Part shown: positions 50,002-60,325 of the stretch, in pieces
How the letters are laid out: each line of letters starts with the position of its first letter
Numbering within the stretch: position 1 is the stretch's first letter
The notes under the pieces: model-generated
The model's input: only the letters and a program-made list of their open reading frames with translations
What the model was told of the DNA's origin: nothing
Databases searched by the model: none
Assembly: GCF_006345805.1 (NCBI RefSeq)
Contig: NW_021833817.1
Span: 20,311 to 84,310, forward strand
DNA length: 64,000 nt
Direction: 5' to 3'
From: Octopus sinensis
Taxonomy: Eukaryota
Translations under genes and position numbers: made by a program

Positions 50002-51471
50002 ATGCCTCGTTCTATAAGAAAAGGTATTTATATTAAAAATAATGCCTTTATAGTTGATAAGTCAGTTGATGAAATGGAAATAGGAGAGATCCTTACCGAC
50101 GCTTCTAATGTGAGCTGGTGTCTTGGCCCTCTTTTTGCAAAAGGCGGGTTTGGATTTATCCATACAGGTTTACCATAAAATATCACAAAAATATAATTTA
50201 TTTTTAAATAAATCAATAATTATATTAGCTCATATGAATGTCGGATTGCTTAACAATTCGTATTCTCAAGCGAAATATGTCATTAAATTGGAAGCCAACG
50301 AAAGCGGTCCTCTCTTCTGTGAAAAACAAGTTTATATTCGAGCATTAAACGAAAACAATCGTATAAAGTCGAACTTCATTTAAAAATAGTGAGCAAGTGG
50401 TGCATTGATCACAATTTATGCTTTATTGGTCTCCCGCGTTATGTCGGATTTGGACTCCATAATTATGGCGGAAGAAAATATCGGTTTCTTGTTATGGACA
50501 GATTTGGAGATGATCTTCAATCAAAGATCATGTCCTGCAAGAATTATAAACTCGCTATCAATGAGGCATATCAGATTTCTACTGACATTGTTAATTTTTT
50601 ATTTTATTACTGCAGGTTAACGCTTTGGAATACTTACACGAACATGAGTATGTTCATGCTGACATCAAAGCTTCCAATTTGCTGAGTTCTTTAGCAAAAA
50701 ACTTCAGAGATAGGGTTTGTTGGCGTGGGTGAATTGATTTAGTATGTTTTGGCAGATTTTGGGTTGTCATATCGGTATACTGCCAATGGAGTTCATACAA
50801 AATATACTCCAAAGCCAAAAAAGTGTCATAGTGGAACTATCGAGTTCACCAGCAGAGATGCACACGTGGGTGCTGATCCTTCGAGGAGAGGAGATTTTGA
50901 AATACTTGTATTTTGTCTTATTCGCTGGTTGTGTGGTTTCCTTCCATGGGATGCCGTCACATCAGACGTGAGTTCTGTCGCCAAATTAAAAGACGAGTAT
51001 CACAGGAATATAATTATTATTTAGACATTTAAAAAACCCAAAAAAGTTTATAAAAACGTGTTTTTCTACTTCTAAACCACCACCTGGACTTTTGGGATTT
51101 GTTGAGCAGGTTGCTGCTCTTGAATATGACGAAAAACCAAATTATGAGGCATTGAGGGGTTTATTGGCCTCAAATGTAAAGATTGGCAAAAAGCAGGTAA
51201 AGGTTGTAGTGATTTTGTGAATTTTTGTAGAAAGTGGAGCCGTTATATTCAACTTCGAAGCGAATTCGAATTGATAGTGACAGTGGGACGGATAAAAAAG
51301 CAGACAGCCAATCTATGACGACTGCAGAGTATTTTGATCTCCATCCGTCTGCGGATATTCGTTAGATGATGTTTTGGGTTTAATTATTTAGAAAGAGGCA
51401 CTAAAATTGTTTATCCTACGGGTAATAGAACTAGTGTCCAAATTCAAGTTAATATGGACTCAATTAAATAA
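50002..51471 (+). CDS. Vaccinia-related kinase (VRK1/2-like), multi-exon, apparently intact
   Basis: Spliced frame gives GGFGFIH, YVIKLE..GPLFCE, YRFLVMDRFGDDL, YVHADIKASNLL, LADFGLS, GTIEFTSRDAH, SRRGDFEIL, LPWD, EKPNY; GT-AG introns mostly 26-30 nt; last exons less certain. Confidence 0.88.
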
Positions 51472-52074
51472 TTTTTTGATTTTATTATTTTTTTGATTTT
51501 TAATTCTACTTTAAAACTAATCAATTTGTTAATTGTTAGTATTTTTTGCTATTTATTTGTAATCAAAATTTATTTTTTCTATTAGCATACTCTCCGATAT
51601 GTTCTAAGCACAATTGACAAAATAAAGGATTTCTTTAAGCGATCTTATTTAGATTTTGTAATATTTAGACACAATTGTGCTAATTGGCCATCTCTCAAAT
51701 TTGCCATTTGTAACAGATAGTCGACGAGGTACTTCGAAATAATTTGTTTCAAGGGGGAAATTTCTTTTTGTTAATTTCTGATGCCGCAAATCTTATGAAA
51801 TCAGGTAAAATTTTATGTTCAAGTTTTACCTGCCAAAATAGTTAAATGATATTTCGAACATATTCAACATAACTAATTTACACCTATCTCCTGCCGAGTA
51901 TTTATAACTCCCGAATTTTCAGCCGACCTCTTGCTTGGTTGAAAGAACTTTCTCTTAAATAAAGAGTTTTCTATGATTTAACCGAAATTTTTAACAAGAC
52001 AATTAAGAAAAGTATTGTATGTGTAACAAGCAGTTTTAGTATATTTATTGTTTAGTTATAAAGTAGAAAGGGTT

Positions 52075-52165
52075 ACCGGCGACCCGTGTGAGCACCGGTA
52101 TTTAACCGAACGAATATCCATAGCCATAGTCAGAGGCAATACTCTGGCTATCTGCCAATGACCTT
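52075..52165 (+). mobile_element. CRE-like extreme 3' fragment
   Basis: VTGDPCEHRYLTERISIAIVRGN. Confidence 0.5.
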
Positions 52166-52472
52166 TTTTCTTTAGTCCTTTTATTAAAGTTATAAAGTTA
52201 AATTTGTGGGGTAATTTTTTTAGTTTTTTGATTAATAAAGTTTAATTTTTATTTTTTATGTTAAAAAATCGCCCTAGTAATCATATTCTTATTCTTATCA
52301 ATATCTAGAGTTTTTGTAGTTTGCTTGCATTTAAATACGTTAGGAACGTGCTTTAAATACTATTACAAAGAACCTTAAAAATTAAATTAAAATATTTTTT
52401 CAATTTTCTTATGTACTAAATAAACCTTACTAATAAAATATTATTGTAGCATAAGTAATATTTGTAATAATA

Positions 52473-54150
52473 TGTCGCATGCACAACGCGCACTACGCCC
52501 CGAGCGCACATTATTGATTAGTCATATTGTAATTTTTATAAATTTTTTCGAAATTATTGAATATAATGACACAAATGGCACTTTAAAAATATTATAATAT
52601 ATTTATTAATTTGTTAATATCTTTTTTTCATCAAATTTTTATTAAATATTACGCACGCTATATACTATGGATTGTTCACGTTTGGTTTTCCAAAACAAAA
52701 GAAGTTATATAAAAAATAACAATGAATATGATCAAATCAAGTCGATTCTCCAAGGGATCGATGTAAAGACAAGAAATAGATATCAGGAAAGAAGGCTTTT
52801 GACCAAGTCAAAATCTTTTATACTATTAAATGACTGCCTTTATTATCGTGTTGAAAACGGGAGTCACAAATTAGTTATTACTTCTGATGATCATGAAAAA
52901 ATGAGAAGACTTTGTCAAGGAATTCACGAAGTTAGCCATTCCTGTCAAAATGAACTTGAGAGATTGTGTAGGCAAAGATTTTTTTATTAAACGTGAAATC
53001 GTCCGTGATGTTGTTATCAACTGTGACATTTGCCGCTTTTCTGGACCTTTAAAGGACCATGATACAGAATTTCACGTTTTTGCTAATAAACCAAATGAAA
53101 GGTTTCAAATGGATTTAATCGATCTTAAAAGGTGCTTTTTCTGATTATTTTAGATTTTCGAGTTCCAATGATTCTTTTTCATGGCTGTTAACTTGTATTG
53201 ATGTATACAGCAAATATGGATTCACAAGAAAGCTATAAAATAAATCTGGACTCGAGGTTTCAAAAAATATTCAAGATATATTTATCGAGCATGGACCATG
53301 TCTATATCTACAAACAGATAATGGGACAGAGTTCAAGAATTCTTACCTTACTGACTTGTGTGGAAAATACAACATACTCCAAATTCACGGAAGGCCTAAC
53401 AATCCACGCAGTCAAGGGATCATTGAGCGCTTCAACCAAACGATTACGCGCAAAATCTCGAAAATGTTATCTGAGGATAGTACCAAAAAGTGGATTAACT
53501 GTATTGGAGATGCAGTTATCTGGTATAATCTCTCTACTCATTCTTCTACGGGTTTTAAACTATTCTTTAAAAATAGGTGAAACTCCCTTTATGAGATTCA
53601 GGGGAATTCCAGGATTTAATGCAATGGTTCCAGAATATCCTTTTAGTGAATCAAGAGGTATTTATTTTTGGTCATAATTTAGAAATTGATGAAGAAATTG
53701 ATTTAGAAAATGCCGAACATGAACGATTCCAACAATTCGAAGAACAGTTTAGCAAAATTTGTGCAACCCAAGGTATTAAATAATCGTCAAATTTTTTGAT
53801 GAAACAAGTTTAAAAACGTCTAATAACATTGAATCGTCGAAATTTAAAATAAATTTCAGACCAATCGATATCAACTCACCTTATTATCGTAGAATGAATA
53901 AAAAAATGTCTGTTCATCGAAATAAAAATGATTTTAAATTGGGAGATATGGTTTTCTATAAAAATTTATAAATATAGGTCCGAATAAAAAAGGATTTTGG
54001 AACGAATCCTTCACTAAAATTAAATAAATTTGAAAGTCCATATGGTTCTCCGGTTAAAATGGTTCAGATTTTTTCAAATAACTATGCTGAGATTGAGAAA
54101 AAAGATGGCTCAAAAGATAAAATTCATCGGCTTAAAAAGAAAATTAATTA
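52473..54150 (+). mobile_element. Ginger/KRBA2-like integrase DNA transposon, subfamily B, decayed
   Basis: Same architecture as 45478-47080: NCDICRF, FQMDLIDL, CIDVYSKY, TDNGTEF, SQGIIERFNQT; in-frame stop and frameshifts. Confidence 0.85.
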
Positions 54151-54444
54151 ATTTTTTGAATTTTTATTAAAAATTTGTTTCAATTTGAGAGTTAAACACC
54201 GATATCGCAGTGTGAAACTTTTTGTAAAAAAGGTAAGAACTAAATAAAAATTCAAGTTCCAGTAGCATAACGAATCATTTTTTTTGTATTTGAGTTTTTT
54301 GTAAAATTTATTAGATGACATAAAAACAGATAAAAGATAATAAAATTAAAAATAATTACAATATTAAATTTATAAGCTAATTTTAACCTCATATTATATT
54401 TTATTATTTCAGTATAAAAGTTTTGGCAGAATTTTTTCAGGAGT

Positions 54445-54795
54445 TTCCAAGTTCAGAAGAAATGAACCAGGCTACGCATGTGCGCTGGCAGAAGAAAGGA
54501 AGTTGACGAAGTACGCTGTGCTTCCGAACGTCGTTGAGTTTGTCCCCCTAGCCTTTGAGACCTCCGGTGTGGTTGGAAAGAAGGTAGAAAATCTGTTACG
54601 GGTTGTGGGAGGAAGAATCTCACAGAATACAAATGACCGGAGGGAGACGAGCTGGCTTTTCCAGCGCATCTCGGTTGCAATTCTTCGCGGGAACTGCCTC
54701 TCTATCCGCAGTGCTTCGTCGTCGGACTAACCCTCAAGTTCACGACATTAATTCTCTATTAATTATATTGTACAAATTAAAAAAAAAAAAAAGAA
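54445..54795 (+). mobile_element. CRE-like 3' fragment with poly(A)
   Basis: EFVPLAFETSG..WLFQRISVAILRGN, TAA at 54730, A-tract at about 54779-54792. Confidence 0.85.
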
Positions 54796-54867
54796 GAAAT
54801 GAATAATTTATAAATTGACTGCGTGGAAAAGTAATAACTTTTTTTGAATTACAGTGATTATAATACA

Positions 54868-57800
54868 TTATCTAGGAAAAATCGCTAAATTTAAACTACA
54901 GTTTAAGCAAGTCCTAACTGCTAGCGAAATGATGATGAAGAAGAAACTGACTGACGAACAGAGTGACACCTCGTGTTCAAAAATGATTTGAGTATATATG
55001 AGAGAGTATTTTACCAAGGAGGAATATGTCTTCCAATTATCTCTCAGGTTACGGAGAAATCGGGCAAGAACGAACCGATTAGAAAGAAGAGACATCCACG
55101 AAAAGGCGAATCTGTCTAACTTCGCAGGCTGAGACTCCTCCATGAAATTTCTATTTATATACCCAAAATGCCAACGAAAAGAAAAAAGTGCCTGAGCACA
55201 GTCCGGGCCTTTTAGCACTTCAGTGAGTCGTTTAAACAGACCAATGAGTATTCGTTGGTAGCAAATTTGCTGACAATTTTCCTCGGCCATCAGAATGGAA
55301 AGCACAGTCAGCAACTACAAATTATAACACAATATTCACAGCTTGAAGAATTGACATCCGAGGATGTGAGGTAAATCTTTCTGAGTTAACGACCAAGGTT
55401 GAATAGAAAACAGTCAATTGGTCAACAAAGTAGAACAACAGAGTGGAGAAGATATAGGATCGTTCGTCGAATTGTCTCACCAACCTATTCTATGGAAAAT
55501 GATCAGTACCAGTCTGAAAAAGAACGGCAAATCAGGAAATAATGGTAGACAACAGCAGTTATCGTATCATCGTTGCAAACAGACATAATCAGTGAATTGT
55601 CACAAATTAAGGTCAGAACATGGTCATGGTGTGTCCGTAAACCAATTTTCTTGCCGGAAAGTACTACCAGCAAATCTTCCGCTAGTTGTGACGCTCGATG
55701 ATTCCCTGGGACTTGTTGTTATTTGTGGGCTAGAATGAGTTATAACCCTTACATTTCCCGCGTCTGCTTGAGAACAGCCATTAATTTGACCAGAGGTTGA
55801 AGCGGAGTATTCTATGAATATCACAAAAAACGAACCGCCATCTTCATGAACTGCTATGAAAAACAAGTATTAATCCGGCTCCCTTACGATTAGTGACTAA
55901 AATAAAAAAACAGACACACCTGGGACATAAAGTCGTCAAATTCCGTGACAGGAACAATGTATGTGACTATAAACAAATTGGCCTCCAAATTACGTCGAAT
56001 AGAGACATCCTCGGCCCACACATAACTAGAACTCTACAACCCTGCAAATACATGAGGAAGTTTTGTTGAACAGATGTGTGGAAGGGAGTCTCGTGGTACA
56101 AATAACGGAAAAAGTAGAGCATAAAGTCAGAAATATAGTTTGACTCGAACTGTCTTCCTTTAAAGAACTGTCCACTGAAATACTGGAAAAAGACGTGAAT
56201 GGTCTATAGGTGAAACTAACATAATTACAAGTCTGACGAGAGAAAGGACTGTTGGTGATGGGCGGTATGACTGGTAGTAATTGTACATCTCCGCCTGGAA
56301 TAACCAAACGCAGAACATTGTAGTGTTCCAAGTAATTCTCATTAGTAAATCGAATAGTATCGATAAATAGAGTCCAGTTTTGAAAACAAATTTCATTACA
56401 TTTGGAAAGAATAGATTCCGACTACAATAAACCACAACAGGTTACGTCAAGGTTGTAGAACTGGCCTAAAGTGTTTTGCAGAACATTAGTCATCTTTGGC
56501 TGCAAACTAACTTGGAATTGTTGTGACATGACAATCCTTTCAACACTTGCCTCCTATTCACTAACTCACACACAACAACCCCCGACTGCACAGAAAAAGA
56601 CTTGAAGAATGTCTCGGTAACATCTTCCCTGCACATGCAGTAACATAATCAATTTCATTATTCCCAGCACATAAGGATTTGCATTGCAAAGACCTACACT
56701 GAATACTCCTCACAATACAATTTCTGAATATTTTGAACATTTCAGGAATTCGATTATAAAAAGCACGTGAGCATTCAACACGACGCCAGCTGGGAAGAAA
56801 TAGAGTATCTGAGTCATGTGATACGGATTATAGTTCTAAATTGTAGTGGAAAGTAGAACAGTGAGAGGGAATCCTCGGTCGATGGCAATAGTAAGACATC
56901 CAAACCAATGCCCCATTATACTCAGAATGTGGAGAGACGTCCCCTCCCGAACTTTAACCATCAAACTCTAATAATGAACGACATTCGAACATACAATTCT
57001 AGTCTGGAGTGTTTGTAAGAGGACCATGTCGTAAAGATCGGAGGTCCCAGATTCGTGATCAAGTGCAAGGACAAGTTGCACGCAATAAGGGTGTATCTGC
57101 TTTTCAATTCGCAGCAGTTTTTTAAGCAAAAACTTGTGTAAAGAATTTACACAAGTTCTTCGTCATTCTTCGATGTCCGACCATCTTGATGACCTGCACT
57201 GTGACGTGGGAACACAACCATTTAACCAATGTTGTCCTTGTTAATCTCGTTAATGACTTGTTCAAGCACAATCACAAAATCTTGAAATATGCCATATGAT
57301 CGAGCATCAAGTGGTTCATCCGAATGTTCATCCGAATGTTATAGGGACATATGTCCGGGAGTGTTCGTCCAATGAAAGGGTCCTTTCCAATATTAGAGAG
57401 TAATAATCCATAAAACTAATATACTCCTTCGCACAGGAATCCCACATTCTGAAATAGCAAGAATGGAAAACCTTATAGAATTTAGAAGATAGTTCATTGC
57501 GACCACTGAATTAAACCTTTTCTCCTCGAGGGATGAGGCAATCGAGTCCACCTTCTGCATAAGACAAGACCACGCATCTGGACTGCAATTTAAATGTAAC
57601 ACAATACGTGTATAGTTTGTATGTGTACATTGCCAACAGAGTAACAGTCAGGTTCTCAATCACGCTTAAAGTGAAGGTGTGGAGGCTGTATAGTTCTTTG
57701 GTGTTTGTGGACATTAACAGATTGTAGTGAGACTGAAATAGCACAACACGCTTCAACCGTATTCTGAATTTCTCTTGAAGAACACACCTTGGTGAAATAA

Positions 57801-59845
57801 GGAATAAAGTGGTCAAGGGTAATGTAACCAGTCTTGATTGCCCTCAGCAAGTGTGTCGTACGCTGTTGAACGTCGTCATCATTAGCAGATAGGGCCACAT
57901 TCCGGAAGACGCGTCAGCTTCCGGGCTGCCTCTGCGGTAGATGAATTCTTTTTATTCTAAAACTAATTATAACAACACGACTGAGAAGAAGAGGACGCTA
58001 ATATGAGCCCTTAGTTTGGAGAGTTGTGGAGTGTTGGTGATTCGGAGTGCTGAGTGCACAATCATGAGCGTGTAATCTTCCTTTTCATTCTGTTTGAGAA
58101 AAACGGAGTAGACGAATGTGATGATTTTCTCAATGATTCCTGAAATGAGAAAATAAAATCACCATTCCCGTATTTCTCCACGTTGACCATCAACCACCCG
58201 TCGGGCGTCCAATGTTTGTCATGCAGCCAACAATAGCGGTTGTAGTAGTAACTGAAAAGAATATTCGTCGAAAAACGAATGTCGTGTAATTTCTACGTGT
58301 AAATCGAGAACTACCTCGACATTGCAGGTCATTCTGTACATTGCCTCAAAATAATCCCTAGTGGATAGGCAAATCATCTCCAACGCCTTCTTTATTGCAT
58401 GCACGACATCGACGTCCAACTAAAATAATAATACTCTGACAAACCTGGACAGCAAAACGAAAAAATGACCAATAATCCTTGTTTTGGAAAAAGAACCTAA
58501 TTAGTGAGCATACGAGACTCATTTTGAGAGGATTGCGCCAATCCACCTGTCACGCAATCACAACTGTGCCGCAATTTACAATTGCTATGAACACAACTCA
58601 ATCGGGGGATTGAACAACTTGATTATATTTTCCTGCAACGCATTTCCTGAGCTATCGAACATGAGACAGGCACACATGTCAGTGCAAGTCCTAATCGTAA
58701 CATCTCAGGGGACCACCAAATGAGATGTCGTTTGGTCGAGTCCAAGAAGGGAACGTTTATTTTCTCGATTAAAAGCACTCGGGAGGCGTGTGGAATCAGA
58801 TCAAAGATATCTCTGCACTCCAACATCATTTTTATAATATTAAACTAAGGTCAATACGAGTACTAACCTGGACTTCCTTATGAATCCAGTCACTAAATAT
58901 GTTACTACACGACAATCGGATATTTTGTCACAAGCCGGACGCGTTTCACTTGTGTGCTTTGAATTGGGCAACAAGGTAAAGTAAACAAATATATTTATTA
59001 AAAGATTTAAAATTTTAACATGATTCAAAATTAAAATAACTTAAGTTTTCCATTGAATCCCATAAAATAATTTATAAGTAGACCTTAAAGGATCATTTGC
59101 TACCCACACACCCATTGGTCGTCCCTTTGGGTCATCCTTCTGGATGCCTACAAGACCGTTAATTAGTTTGGTTTACTTGTGTCTGTTTGGTGTTCAAAAT
59201 AAAATAAATAAATAAGTAGACCTTAAAAGAAAAAGTAAAATCAATGAATACTGAACGCTAATTTGGTTTAGGTTGTGAGGGGGTAATAATTTGACAGATC
59301 TCATTGCTATTTCTGGTTTCAATCTCTAATTTGGGTATATGCTAAGAAGAGACATGTGGTGTCTCATAAAATGACCCTATACAATGAAATCAAACCCACA
59401 TTAATTAGCCTCTTGTTCTGCTCTTGGCTTTTTCCCTAACATTAATTTATGGGTTTGTTGGGAAATAAAACCTGTCTTGTACTTGTCGGTATTTGTCAAT
59501 TTATAAATTTTTTATTGACAAAATCACCTGAGAAATTAAAGTTGAATTTCAAACGCGTCCGGCTCGGTAACGGGTCCAGCTCGTGACATATTTAAATCAT
59601 TGCAGGCCAATGAAAATAGTGCGGCCAGTTTATGTCCGTCGGTAATGATATGATCATTGTCCAATCCTTTGAGCACATCATTCCAATCAATTCTCATTTC
59701 CTGTGTGGCCACCAGTTCCCAAGTCACCCTGAATGTGACCTCATGGACTAACCCCTCCACTCATAAAATATGACAGAGCCACGGCCAACTGCCGCATAGT
59801 CATCTTGCCCTCACTCTTCTGAATTGCCTCCCGTATTTTTGGCAT
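54868..59845 (-). pseudogene. CNOT1: CCR4-NOT scaffold subunit, multi-exon, truncated at both ends, apparent frameshifts and stops
   Basis: Collinear segments: IDWNDVLKGLD (N-terminal HEAT region), SILAISECGIPV, NLEANLFIVTYIV, NDDTITAVV, CYQRILIGLF, QPAKLDRFAFSWMSLLSNRFVLARFL, AIFPR; continuous frame could not be restored near 55720 and 57320. Confidence 0.72.
59090..59211 (+). mobile_element. Short retrotransposed insertion with A-rich tail and 16-bp TSD
   Basis: ATAAGTAGACCTTAAA at 59074-59089 and 59212-59227 flanking 122 bp that end in AAAATAAAATAAATAA. Confidence 0.62.
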
Positions 59846-59849
59846 TTGT

Positions 59850-60300
59850 TGTCCATTCCAGTAGATAAGCTGGTGAAGGGACGCTATCAGGACAACTACG
59901 AGTTCGTCCAGTGGTTCAGACTCTTCTTCCTCGCTAACTACACCATTGAGGTGGAGACGTACGATGCACTCAAGGCCAGAAGTGGTAAATCCATGCCCAG
60001 AATGGGTATTGTTTGTGCCACAGTCGTAGTCCCGTCTGGGGTCCTCACTCAGAACTCAGATAGACCAGGAATCACACAGTTGGAGGCTCAAGTCGAGTCT
60101 TTCAACTCCAGAGTTGAGTGTCTGACCAAAGAGCGAGATTTTTATTACAACAAACTGGTCGAAATTGAAATTGGTCAGAAATGTCCCCTTCAAGGACCAG
60201 TTTGTGTCTTCTGTCGAAATGGTTCTGTTTGCTGTGGAGGTTTCCTCTGTTTCGGACTTAACCATGTTAGGATGGATTTGCCCCCTCAGATCTGACTTAA
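59850..60300 (+). pseudogene. EB1/MAPRE microtubule end-binding protein, 5'-truncated and frameshifted
   Basis: [21 protein letters not shown] and [14 protein letters not shown]; the conserved tail (VLFAVE|DGFAP) is in another frame after about 60170. Confidence 0.85.
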
Positions 60301-60325
60301 TTATTTGAAAATAATATATTTTATG

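Noticed and set aside
55690-55730. Integrase-like SQGIIERHN peptide inside CNOT1
   Set aside because: Short out-of-frame coincidence; another frame matches CNOT1.
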